From a virus (taxonomy: Duplodnaviria; Caudoviricetes), in the IMG/VR virus record IMGVR_UViG_3300011339_000353, positions 1-28,763 of that record: a stretch of 28,763 bases of DNA; one strand, written 5' to 3'. A program made the position numbers and the translations under genes. Below, one piece after another: positions 17,222 to 25,757 of this stretch; position 1 is the first letter of the stretch, and each line of letters starts with the position of its first letter. The notes under the pieces were generated by a model. It had not been told where the DNA came from. It was given only the letters and a program-made list of their open reading frames with translations, and searched no databases.

Positions 17222-19354
17222 TTATCTCCGTTGTCCAGGCTGTCTACGACGCCCTTGTTCAGTAACAGCAAATATAAATTCAGGATCGCTGGCCACAAGG
17301 CTGCGGAAACTGCTTGCATCTACTGCGTTGATGTTGTAGGTGATCATGGTCGATCCACCCAAGGCATCATTTGGTATTACACTTCTACCACCAGCACCTG
17401 TTAGTATCTCTGGGCCACGCTCACCCACTATCACAGGTGCATTTGTGGGAATCATGCCACCATTGGCATATCCAGGCAAGCCCAGCAATGCAGGGAACAA
17501 ACTGCCACCGCCTCCACCGCCTCCACCAAACATGTTGCCGCCAAATGTACTGGCAAACAACTGTCGAAGTTGACTGCGTAATAGTTCTTCTACAATGGTT
17601 GACACTAGGGACTTGAATTCAAACTTGCCAGTTTTTGTAAAATTCACTATGGAATCTTCCATGCTCCTGGTTGCTGTGGCAAATACATTTCGACCTAGTT
17701 CAGCACTGTTGGCAGCATTTTCAGCATATTGATTGTAGGCCTGTTGCCATCCAGTTGAGAACTCTTGACTGAGTCTTTTTTGTGTTTCTTGATTGAGAAT
17801 AGCATCATCACGGCGTTGGTTGATGAGATCATTAACAGCCTTTTCTCGAGAGATTCTTTCAGCGTAAGGCAAGTCTTTGATATCAGCTATTTGTTTCAGC
17901 AATGCAAGTCGTTGTTGTTCAATATTAAACAACTCAATGGCATTGGCTCGTTCTCGATCACTCATGGTCATGACATCTCGTGCCAATTGGGCCTGTGTTG
18001 CCAATTCAGCATTCTGACTTACAATTTCATCCACAACTTTGGAACTGGCAGTCACAATGTCTTGAATGCGTTTTTCTTCTGCTGCCAATTCTTCATTGAA
18101 CTTTTGGCGTTGTGCTTCTTCTTCAGAAAATATTCTAGCACTGATTTGTGATCTTAACTTGGCTGTGTCAATCACAGCCTTGGTTTCAATTTCTTTCTTC
18201 TTGGCGGCAAACTCTGCTGATTTCTGTGCGTCTGTAAGTCTTTCCTGATTGAAGATTTCTTCTCTGGCACGAGCTATCTCAGCAGCTGAGTTGATTTCAA
18301 TTGATTGTATTTCATTGGCACCAGCAAGTGCAATATTTCTATTGGTGTTGACAACACTTTGTCTCAATCGCTTTTCGCTGTCAGCAATGGCTTTGAGTGT
18401 GGCTTCTGGAGTAGCACCAAAGCCTCCACCAGTTGCTTCTTTGCCTAATTTGCCAAGACGATCCATTTCACGAGCTTGATCTTTGTAGGCTTCTGCTAAC
18501 TTGTTGTTGAGTTCCAGTTTGTCTTTTTCAGCCTTGGTCATTGGCCGTTCAATTATCATGGCTCCTAATCGATCTCTGACATTGCCTCGAGCCATTGCCT
18601 CGTCATCTAGTTTCTTAGATCTCTTTCCAGCTTCATCTATAGCAATGGCCAATTTACCAAACACAGTTACCAATGAGTTATTGGCTGCATTACCCACTGC
18701 ATCAATGGCATCTTTGTATTTTGCCAATTGTGCAATTTGTGCATCTTTGAAAGGATCATTAACAGCATTGAGTTTGCTAAAATCTAACTTGGCTGCTGTC
18801 TTACCAAAAAGATCAACTGCTATTGAGGCTCTTGTGGCTGGATTTTCTATGGCTGCTAGCTTGGCAATAGCATCACGCAATACATCGCCAGTGTCGCGAA
18901 CAGCACCATTGGCATCAGTGACAAACACACCCAGTTTTTGGAATGCTTTTTGTGCTTTTTCATTGCCAGTGGCAGCATCACCAAGATTTTGATTGAGTTT
19001 TGATGCTATTGTGCTGAAATCATCAGCTTTGCCTCCTGCCAACACAAGACTGTTTTGTAAGTTAAGCAAAGCACCAGCACCAATGCCAGTTGCATCACTG
19101 ATATCTGCTAGGTCATCTGCTAGATTAATGGCTTTTAATCCCAGTCCAACAAATGCTGTGCCTGCTGTGCCTGCAATAGTGGCCATACCACTTAGGCCAC
19201 CAACAATGCCAGATATTGCTGATGTCATCTTACCAGCATTGGCACTGAATCCAGATGCAGCAGTACCTAGACCAGTTATGGACTTTTTAAGACCATCAAC
19301 TGCTGCCTGACCTACTACTTGTATCTTTAATACAAAATTTTCTACTGCTGCCAT
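17222..19354 (-). CDS. Tape measure protein (lambda-type C-terminal domain)
   Basis: 710 aa, helical and Ala-rich. GWQQAYNQY...F...MEDSIVNFTKTGKFEFKSLV, then YANGG...VGERGPE. Confidence 0.92.
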   Translation of the reverse strand: MAAVENFVLKIQVVGQAAVDGLKKSITGLGTAASGFSANAGKMTSAISGIVGGLSGMATIAGTAGTAFVGLGLKAINLADDLADISDATGIGAGALLNLQNSLVLAGGKADDFSTIASKLNQNLGDAATGNEKAQKAFQKLGVFVTDANGAVRDTGDVLRDAIAKLAAIENPATRASIAVDLFGKTAAKLDFSKLNAVNDPFKDAQIAQLAKYKDAIDAVGNAANNSLVTVFGKLAIAIDEAGKRSKKLDDEAMARGNVRDRLGAMIIERPMTKAEKDKLELNNKLAEAYKDQAREMDRLGKLGKEATGGGFGATPEATLKAIADSEKRLRQSVVNTNRNIALAGANEIQSIEINSAAEIARAREEIFNQERLTDAQKSAEFAAKKKEIETKAVIDTAKLRSQISARIFSEEEAQRQKFNEELAAEEKRIQDIVTASSKVVDEIVSQNAELATQAQLARDVMTMSDRERANAIELFNIEQQRLALLKQIADIKDLPYAERISREKAVNDLINQRRDDAILNQETQKRLSQEFSTGWQQAYNQYAENAANSAELGRNVFATATRSMEDSIVNFTKTGKFEFKSLVSTIVEELLRSQLRQLFASTFGGNMFGGGGGGGGSLFPALLGLPGYANGGMIPTNAPVIVGERGPEILTGAGGRSVIPNDALGGSTMITYNINAVDASSFRSLVASDPEFIFAVTEQGRRRQPGQRR

Positions 19355-19356
19355 GA

Positions 19357-19635
19357 TCAGCCTTTCGCTTGTTTGTTAATGTAGTCTCGGATAAACTTTT
19401 CAGTTGGTCTGGTCATACCAACACCACCATGTTGCTTACTCCATCCATCATCTAGTCGTTGAGCATAAGCATAATCTGCGTGGATCTCATTAGATCTTAA
19501 ACGGGTATTTCTTTGAGCGTTACCTGATCTAATAGGAGTTATGTCTCGAAAATACTCATAGGCTTCTCGGGCCAGGTTATCTGGACTCAATGCCTGTTGC
19601 AGTTGGTCTATGCGTTTGACTAAATCACCCTTCAT
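19357..19635 (-). CDS. HK97 gp10-like tail completion/neck protein
   Basis: ITPIRSGNAQRN...YAQRLDDGWSKQ...GMTRP pattern. Confidence 0.65.
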   Translation of the reverse strand: MKGDLVKRIDQLQQALSPDNLAREAYEYFRDITPIRSGNAQRNTRLRSNEIHADYAYAQRLDDGWSKQHGGVGMTRPTEKFIRDYINKQAKG

Positions 19636-19853
19636 TTGGATTCCTTGGTTGGATTTTTTGTTTTAGCAAGCATTTCAGACAGTTGCTCTTGACTCAACTT
19701 TGGTGCTGTGGGTTTGCCATTGGCTTTGTCTTGTTGCATTTGTTCCCAAGACATCATAACATCGAATATCATCAAATCATAGGTGGTGGCATGATCACAC
19801 ACCTGACTAGGCAGCAGGCCATAATGTTTGGCAAGCATACCTATATTGATCAT
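19632..19853 (-). CDS. Tail assembly chaperone, frameshift extension (gpT-like)
   Basis: Open in the -1 frame from the GGGAAG-type slippery site at 19898-19904; AKHYGLLPSQV motif. Confidence 0.8.
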   Translation of the reverse strand: MINIGMLAKHYGLLPSQVCDHATTYDLMIFDVMMSWEQMQQDKANGKPTAPKLSQEQLSEMLAKTKNPTKESK

Positions 19854-20194
19854 TTCGACTGTTCCCCAGTTGTTGGGATTGATGTCTTGGCTTTTGACTT
19901 TCCCAGGAATTCATTTATTTTTACTAATAAACCCAGGGTTAAATCAACAGGAAGAATCTCATCCGACGCAAGAGCAGGCGTGCCATCTTCTCTGAGCACA
20001 ATCTTTCTAAGAAGATCATTAAGTTTGTCGCTGTCTTGATCTTGTTGCAGTTTGTAAAATTCAAAATATGTTGATATACTCATCTGATCCAACATGTGGA
20101 ATTCAATTGATTCTCCATACAGTTCTACAACTTCAGGATCATCTATTGTTATTTTTGTTATTACGGGTTTTTTTGCAAACTTACTAATGTCCAT
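19850..20194 (-). CDS. Tail assembly chaperone (gpG-like)
   Basis: Between the tail tube and the tape measure; ends ...FLGK at the slippery site. Confidence 0.8.
   Translation of the reverse strand: MDISKFAKKPVITKITIDDPEVVELYGESIEFHMLDQMSISTYFEFYKLQQDQDSDKLNDLLRKIVLREDGTPALASDEILPVDLTLGLLVKINEFLGKSKAKTSIPTTGEQSK
19898..19904 (-). promoter_or_regulatory. Programmed -1 ribosomal frameshift site G GGA AAG
   Basis: Same heptamer as the lambda G-T site, in the correct phase; 17 open codons in the -1 frame lead to the ATG at 19853. Confidence 0.85.
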
Positions 20195-20365
20195 TTAATC
20201 TTGCTTTCTTTGTATCAGTTCATTCAACACTGCCACTGCAAATTGCAGGCGGCTTTGTGCTTTGTCTACATCACCACGGGCACAACGCAGTTCATTGGTG
20301 GCCTTGGCGACTTCTGCTAGTAAACTTCTCAGCAGATCTTCGTCAGTCTTTGAGTCTATTGTCAT
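20195..20365 (-). CDS. 56-aa coiled-coil protein (MTIDSKTDEDLLRSLLAEVAKATNELRCARGDVDKAQSRLQFAVAVLNELIQRKQD)
   Basis: SD GAGGA; stop abuts the chaperone ATG; not in the ORF track. Confidence 0.75.
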   Translation of the reverse strand: MTIDSKTDEDLLRSLLAEVAKATNELRCARGDVDKAQSRLQFAVAVLNELIQRKQD

Positions 20366-20386
20366 CTGTGAATCCTCTTGAACACA

Positions 20387-20392
20387 TATTTA
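20387..20392 (-). promoter_or_regulatory. TAAATA motif restarting transcription after the terminator
   Basis: Minus strand gacTAAATAtgtg, immediately downstream of the tail-tube terminator. Confidence 0.55.
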
Positions 20393-20401
20393 GTCAGTCA
20401 T

Positions 20402-20429
20402 AAAAAAAGGCCCGGTTAAGAGCCTTTTT
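20402..20429 (-). terminator. Rho-independent terminator after the major tail gene
   Basis: Minus strand aaaaaggctc-ttaacc-gggcc followed by T7. Confidence 0.8.
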
Positions 20430-20448
20430 CCCAGTGATTAAATCACTA

Positions 20449-20949
20449 TTACACTGCTGGTGCTGTGTTTGTGACCACTGCATAATCACCTGTGACAGTG
20501 ATTGTGATAGGGCTCACAAACACAGGGCTATCAGCTGATGTAGCAGGTGCTAGACCAGTGACATAACCTTGACAAGTCATTGTGACATTGCTGGAAGCAT
20601 TGCCACTTTCGCTGCCCATGAAGATTCTAACATTGCAGAGATCTTTGTTGCGGCTGAGACCAAACACACCTTGTGAGGCAGCATTGGCACCTTGTGCGGC
20701 TGTGACATTGGCACCGAAGAATGCCACTTTGTCAAGCACCAGGTTCATTGACACATCATTGGTGGCAGTGGTTGGTACTTGTAGTTTACTGCGTTCATCC
20801 AGTTGTGTCCAAGTGAACACATCCGTGGCAGCATTGATTGTGATGTCCTGCAGTGCAGGCACCACTAGGTTGCCAGTTGCTGTGCCGTTGGTCTGTAACC
20901 AAACTTGCACCTCAGTAGCAGTACCTGGGGCTGGATAGATATAAGCCAT
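20449..20949 (-). CDS. Major tail tube protein
   Basis: 166 aa, beta-rich, GYVTGLAP..SADSPV..SPITITVTGDY; strong SD; followed by a terminator. Confidence 0.8.
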   Translation of the reverse strand: MAYIYPAPGTATEVQVWLQTNGTATGNLVVPALQDITINAATDVFTWTQLDERSKLQVPTTATNDVSMNLVLDKVAFFGANVTAAQGANAASQGVFGLSRNKDLCNVRIFMGSESGNASSNVTMTCQGYVTGLAPATSADSPVFVSPITITVTGDYAVVTNTAPAV

Positions 20950-20961
20950 TTTGCTTTTTCC

Positions 20962-21366
20962 TTATTGTGAATTTACAATCAGTTCGCGAAAACTGAATTC
21001 AAACTGTGTTACCTGGGCATCACCAATGAACTCAGTTGACACTTGAGTTGCTCGTTGGGTTACACCGGTAATGTCGGTGTCAAGTCTGGCATTCATGAAT
21101 GTTGAGACCATGGTAGCATAGTTTGAGGGTTGATTTTTGGCATCTGTTGTGATATAGGTGCGAACAGTTGTGATTTCATTCACAATGCCTGCACCATTAA
21201 GCACATCGATGAGAGGTTCTTGTGCAATTTGATCAGAGTCAACATAGATGTATTTGAAGTTCTTCAGGTACAACGGATTGCCCTGGGTGTCCCAAGGCAG
21301 TTCCTGTGTCAATGTGTAACCATTGACCTTGTTGGCTTTGAAGTAATCAAGTATTTCTGTTCTCAT
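20962..21366 (-). CDS. Tail terminator / head-tail joining protein
   Basis: Located before the tail tube gene; likely start MRTEILDY with ATGA overlap. Confidence 0.6.
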   Translation of the reverse strand: MRTEILDYFKANKVNGYTLTQELPWDTQGNPLYLKNFKYIYVDSDQIAQEPLIDVLNGAGIVNEITTVRTYITTDAKNQPSNYATMVSTFMNARLDTDITGVTQRATQVSTEFIGDAQVTQFEFSFRELIVNSQ

Positions 21367-21881
21367 CTCACTCTCCGTAGATTCCACACACCCGGCTGTT
21401 TGTCAGCAGAGTCTATGGTGGCTGAATTGTCAAAATTATACCAATCGCCTGCAGTGATCAGTTCACCAAACAACAGATCATATTTCTGTTGATAGTAAGC
21501 CATCTTGCGACGCTCAGCTGAGTCTTCATTGGAAAAATCAGCAATGTAGGGAAGAATGTAGTTGTATAAACCGTAGTAGCAACACAGGTCAGTGAAGTCA
21601 TCCTCGCGAGCCTGAATCCGGGTGGGATCCAGGGGCGGGATATCAGCCACTGTGTTGATCTGGACGGCTCCAGATCCTGTGTTTCTAGCAAGGTAATAAC
21701 TTCTCCACCAATCGGTAGATCTCAACAGTTCTAGTATTCTAGAGGTCGAGCGGATCAGTTGATCCTGAATGTAATTTGCGTCAAGGCCTTCATTTTGCTC
21801 GAACAAACGAGCATCCAAAGCATCAAGGTCTTCACTTGTGGCGAAGCTTAATACTGTGTTATTGAATGATATGAAAGCCAT
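21363..21881 (-). CDS. Head-tail adaptor/connector protein
   Basis: Directly after the capsid gene; FATSEDL N-terminal motif; helical. Confidence 0.6.
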   Translation of the reverse strand: MAFISFNNTVLSFATSEDLDALDARLFEQNEGLDANYIQDQLIRSTSRILELLRSTDWWRSYYLARNTGSGAVQINTVADIPPLDPTRIQAREDDFTDLCCYYGLYNYILPYIADFSNEDSAERRKMAYYQQKYDLLFGELITAGDWYNFDNSATIDSADKQPGVWNLRRVR

Positions 21882-21898
21882 GATTTCAATTGCCTCTA

Positions 21899-22753
21899 TT
21901 AGATAGAACTATCGAAAGCCAAATAACGACCGTAGTTGTTCTGCAAAATGCCTGTGCCATAGTATGCTGAGCACACAATGTCATCACCAAGGAAACTAGC
22001 ACGGCGTTGTGTCTCAATTGCGATGTCACCAATCATGCCAAGACCAAATGCGTCACGGTGGAACACAGCACCATTGTAATCACCAGCAGTGCCTGTGTTG
22101 GCAATGTTTGATGTTTGATACACTGGAATACCGGCCAACATACCTACAAAGCCTGTTCTCATGGCTTCATTGGCGTTGTCACCATAAGCACCTGCTGTGA
22201 ATGGAGTGTTGCCTTGTGTGGTCAACGCTGCCTTCAAGTCATATGCAATTTCAGGATGAATCACGCAGACCATGCCTTCAGTGGGCACAGCGGCTGCTTG
22301 CAATTTGGCAACCATTTGGAAGATACTAGCAGCAGTGATTTGACCTGTGTTGTCGCCGATACCAGCGTTCAAGCTAGAGAACAATGCTGTCAAGTCTGTG
22401 TCCATCTTGCGAGCAACAGCTTCGCCAAACAATTTGCCAAGGTCGGCAACAACATTGGAGGCAGCTGAGGTGCGAGCCAAGTCTGTGAGCAATGTGCGGA
22501 TAGCAACAGGGCTGATTGTGAGTTGTGCAGTGTTGGTTGACACTGCTGTGTTTGTAACTTCATTACCTTCTGTGACTGCGGCAGCAGTCTGAATCGGGTA
22601 AATTGGCACATTCACATGGGTTCCCTGAGCAGGAGCCAAGCTATAGTTTTTTACCAAGCCACGCATGATTGATCGCTCAGAGGCGACGAACATTGCTTCT
22701 TGGATGATCTCGGGTAAGAGGTCGTTTAGTGTTGTTGTGGTAGAACCGGCCAT
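21899..22753 (-). CDS. Major capsid protein (HK97 fold)
   Basis: V.VPIY...A..VTEG, LG..FGEAVARKMDTDL, CVIHPEIAYDL, G.LAGIPVYQTSN, AVFHRDAFG, IETQR; strong SD. Confidence 0.9.
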   Translation of the reverse strand: MAGSTTTTLNDLLPEIIQEAMFVASERSIMRGLVKNYSLAPAQGTHVNVPIYPIQTAAAVTEGNEVTNTAVSTNTAQLTISPVAIRTLLTDLARTSAASNVVADLGKLFGEAVARKMDTDLTALFSSLNAGIGDNTGQITAASIFQMVAKLQAAAVPTEGMVCVIHPEIAYDLKAALTTQGNTPFTAGAYGDNANEAMRTGFVGMLAGIPVYQTSNIANTGTAGDYNGAVFHRDAFGLGMIGDIAIETQRRASFLGDDIVCSAYYGTGILQNNYGRYLAFDSSI

Positions 22754-22772
22754 AATATATTTTCCTTAAATT

Positions 22773-23450
22773 TTAGGCTAGACCGTTGGCTTTGCGGTAT
22801 TCCGCGTAGAGCTTGCGGTCACTTGGACTTTTCATGTCCAATTTGGTAATGTCTAGTGCTCTGTTGGTTCCTCTACCCACATTTGACTGTGTGTTTGTGG
22901 TAGCAGGTGCGGCTGACACAAAGTGCGGATTCGAATCTAAGAATTCTCGCACTAGGTCATCAACTCCTAAAGGTGCTCCAGAGTCCGTGTAACGAACTGA
23001 GCCCTTTGAATCAACAATCTCTACATCACCTTCCGTGTTGAGTCTCAAGGATGGTTGCAACAAACTACGAACTTGGTCAGGATTGACAGCACGATACTTT
23101 GCGGCAGCATTCAACACCGGAGTGTTGACCTTGTACTCTTTGATGATTGAATCTCTTTTGGAGATCTCAGCATCTTTTTTAGCAGCCATTTCTTGCAGGG
23201 TCTTTTCAAATTCACCACGCTTGAGTGCTTGTTCCTGAGATCGCTTTTCAGCCTCAGTTTTTAACACACGCAGTTGATCTGGATCACCTAGGTCTTCATA
23301 GGGTTTCAACAATTTCTTTTCCAATGACCCCTTCATACGGGCCATCATGTTGTCTACCTCTTGTTGACTGTAAGTCTTGGTTGCTTGAGCCTGATTTTCA
23401 GATGTGTCTGCGGCACCAGTTGCCTCATTTGCCAATGTATTGTCTGACAT
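22773..23450 (-). CDS. Capsid scaffolding protein
   Basis: KTYSQQEVD, coiled coil, RGEFEK, V.EFL..NPHF; immediately upstream of the capsid gene. Confidence 0.82.
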   Translation of the reverse strand: MSDNTLANEATGAADTSENQAQATKTYSQQEVDNMMARMKGSLEKKLLKPYEDLGDPDQLRVLKTEAEKRSQEQALKRGEFEKTLQEMAAKKDAEISKRDSIIKEYKVNTPVLNAAAKYRAVNPDQVRSLLQPSLRLNTEGDVEIVDSKGSVRYTDSGAPLGVDDLVREFLDSNPHFVSAAPATTNTQSNVGRGTNRALDITKLDMKSPSDRKLYAEYRKANGLA

Positions 23451-23483
23451 CGTTGCATCGCCTTTTCATAAAAGTTAGTAGTA

Positions 23484-23491
23484 TATTTATA
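23484..23491 (-). promoter_or_regulatory. TATAAATA late-type promoter of the scaffold-capsid operon
   Basis: Exact TATAAATA about 33 nt upstream of the scaffold ATG. Confidence 0.65.
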
Positions 23492-23512
23492 GATTATACA
23501 AAATCTTGGGTA

Positions 23513-23593
23513 TTACTTGTAAGGTCTTGGTGGTTTGGGACGCTTGCGATTCTTTTCTGTTCGCGATCCGCGGGCTGGTAATGGTCTTGTCAT
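23513..23593 (-). CDS. 26-aa highly basic microprotein (MTRPLPARGSRTEKNRKRPKPPRPYK)
   Basis: SD AGGAG; ATGA overlap with the upstream 53-aa ORF. Confidence 0.55.
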   Translation of the reverse strand: MTRPLPARGSRTEKNRKRPKPPRPYK

Positions 23594-23751
23594 AGTTTTT
23601 CTCCTGGTTTAGGTCTATATCCTGATCTATAGGCAGCACGACCTTGAGCAGCAGCCTTTTGCATGGCATCTGGACCTGTATAAATCTTGCCGCGTTCAGA
23701 CCATTGATAGCCAACACGACCACCTGGACCAATAACTCGTCTAACTGGCAT
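23590..23751 (-). CDS. 53-aa basic protein (MPVRRVIGPGGRVGYQWSERGKIYTGPDAMQKAAAQGRAAYRSGYRPKPGEKL)
   Basis: SD AAAGGA upstream; protein-like sequence; fits the operon better than the track ORF 23487..23732. Confidence 0.7.
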   Translation of the reverse strand: MPVRRVIGPGGRVGYQWSERGKIYTGPDAMQKAAAQGRAAYRSGYRPKPGEKL

Positions 23752-24175
23752 AATCAAATCCTTTCGCTTTGTTTTTTACTCTCCACCTAACGCCTTGCGG
23801 TGTCAGACTGTATTGCTTTGCTGCCTCATCAACATACATGAGGCCAGCGGGTGTCTGAATCTTTTGTCCTTTATGAAAGTTAGGATGAGCACTTCCACTT
23901 GGTGCTGCTTTGTCTTTACTGTTCTGACTCATGGTTGCCAAGTAGATGTTACCTAACTTGTATGGCCCAGTATCATTGTGTCTACACATAGCCCAGGAAC
24001 TGCCAGCATTGGCTTGTGGAATATTTCTGTCTACACCTTGATCTAAGAACCATTTATACCATTCTTCAAATGTAAGTTCAAAAGAGATTCCTCTCTTTTT
24101 TGCACCAAACTTCTGATATCCATAACATTTGGTAGCATGCAGCAGTGGGTTGATGATTTCGCCTTTCTTTGGCAT
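23741..24175 (-). CDS. HNH-like homing endonuclease with C-terminal NUMOD-like HTH
   Basis: AKKRGISFELTFEEW...MCRHNDTGPYKLGNIYLATMSQN, then KIQTPAG...EAAKQYSLT...VRWRV. Start at 24175 after SD AAGGAG. Confidence 0.7.
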   Translation of the reverse strand: MPKKGEIINPLLHATKCYGYQKFGAKKRGISFELTFEEWYKWFLDQGVDRNIPQANAGSSWAMCRHNDTGPYKLGNIYLATMSQNSKDKAAPSGSAHPNFHKGQKIQTPAGLMYVDEAAKQYSLTPQGVRWRVKNKAKGFDYAS

Positions 24176-24224
24176 ATATGTCTCCTTTGACATACTTACC
24201 ATCTCCCACCTCCAGGCAAAAATA

Positions 24225-25757
24225 TCAGCCTTCCATTTCTTCAATCTCTTCTTCAATCTCGCCTTCCCAGGCACGACACCAATACACAGGATCTACTCGT
24301 TCATCCCACTTGCTGCAGCCTTGATCAAAAGGATTATAGTATGAGCAATTGGCACAGTTCTCTCCTGGGGGCACACCTGGAGTCGTGGCAGGCACATAGG
24401 CACCAGGTAAACCATCAGTGTTGGTCAAATACCGGTCTGGCTCTTCTTTGCCCAGCAGTTCCAAGATCTCATAGTCAATGACTTTGTAAACGCCTGGATC
24501 TGTGGCAGTCTCTTTGGCAATCCTTAGAGTCTGCATGTTGTTCTCTACATCACGAATGTTGAATGAGCCTGGATACTCCACATAACCTGTCCACTCAGTG
24601 CCTTGATAGTCAGCAAAGATACTCCAAATTTGTTCTTCCGCAAGTTCCAGGCCGTCTGCTTTTTCACTCAGCTTGGCATTGAGCAATTGGAATTCAGTAG
24701 CGATCGCGATTCCTGAAAGTGTTCTGGACTCAGTGGCACGAATGGCACCGGTGTTGGCCATCTTGTCAATAGCTTCTACAATATTGCGTTTGACTTCCAA
24801 CATGGCTGAAAGTTCAGCACCATTGTAATCTAAAATGTAAGGTCGAAGTCCAGGGTCAAGATTGTCAGGCATCTGTATGATTGAACCAGCACCAATGCCT
24901 GCTTGAGTTTCTGGAGTTTTCACGAGGCTCGGGTGAGAATCAATTCTAATGCTTTGTTCAATCTCTGAGTTGATGTTGTACAGCATTCGCTGGCTGTCAG
25001 CAATGTCAGTGATGTCTGAGATGCCAATGCCACGCATGTTTGATCGCATGTTGTAGGCACACACAGCAGGAATGTATCCCAGGCCATTGGGCTCCACAAC
25101 ATCAGACTTGATTGATCTATTCTTGGTATCTACTTCAATGGTCTCAATGGTTTCTCTTGTCCATATCTTGATGGTCTGTGCTGAGTCTGTGAACTCTTCA
25201 ATGTATTTGAAATAGTCCAGCTCATATACACCTTGAGCATTGCGGCGATAGTTCCAGTCAGTCACAGCCAAGGGTGTCATTAGGTTTAGATAAGGTCTCA
25301 CTCCCAAGGCTTGTTCATCTGCTAGAGTGATGGCACCTAGATTGGGCTTGGCAATCAACACCCAGCAGTGACCAAACACACTTGCCCAGGTGGCCACATC
25401 TTTCATGAACGCATTCATGCTACGACCATCAAGGTCAGCATCTCTAAGGAAGCTGAGCACAGCGGGTGAGTTGTCTAAGCTGCCAAAATCACGATCAGGT
25501 TCTTCACGGAACAGGAATGAATTGTAAACCTGCACCACTGACGCACAGTGATTGTCTAGTGGAGTGCTACGCAGTCTAGCTTGATACTCTGCGGCTGTTT
25601 CCAATTGGTATCTTGTGAGAAAAGCACCATCCTGGTATTCTTGACCACCCATGTAGCTTTGGTAAAGATATTCCCAGCGGGGTCTAAAATCACTGTAGGT
25701 GGTATTGCTGCTCAGTGCATCTGCAATCTGTTCGTCTATGGTTCTTATTGTGCTCAT
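24225..25757 (-). CDS. Portal protein with a C-terminal Cys4 HiPIP-like appendage
   Basis: Follows TerL. YMGG.EY, DADLDGRS, FGHCWVL, NGLGYIP.V, GISDITDIAD, SGIA...EFQLLNAKLSEKA..LE.AE. Confidence 0.9.
   Translation of the reverse strand: MSTIRTIDEQIADALSSNTTYSDFRPRWEYLYQSYMGGQEYQDGAFLTRYQLETAAEYQARLRSTPLDNHCASVVQVYNSFLFREEPDRDFGSLDNSPAVLSFLRDADLDGRSMNAFMKDVATWASVFGHCWVLIAKPNLGAITLADEQALGVRPYLNLMTPLAVTDWNYRRNAQGVYELDYFKYIEEFTDSAQTIKIWTRETIETIEVDTKNRSIKSDVVEPNGLGYIPAVCAYNMRSNMRGIGISDITDIADSQRMLYNINSEIEQSIRIDSHPSLVKTPETQAGIGAGSIIQMPDNLDPGLRPYILDYNGAELSAMLEVKRNIVEAIDKMANTGAIRATESRTLSGIAIATEFQLLNAKLSEKADGLELAEEQIWSIFADYQGTEWTGYVEYPGSFNIRDVENNMQTLRIAKETATDPGVYKVIDYEILELLGKEEPDRYLTNTDGLPGAYVPATTPGVPPGENCANCSYYNPFDQGCSKWDERVDPVYWCRAWEGEIEEEIEEMEG

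Noticed and set aside
23487-23732. 81-aa track ORF
   Set aside because: TTG start without an SD; overlaps two better-supported small ORFs in other frames.
24176-24274. Longer start for the HNH-like gene
   Set aside because: Overlaps the portal 3' end; a clear SD precedes the ATG at 24175.
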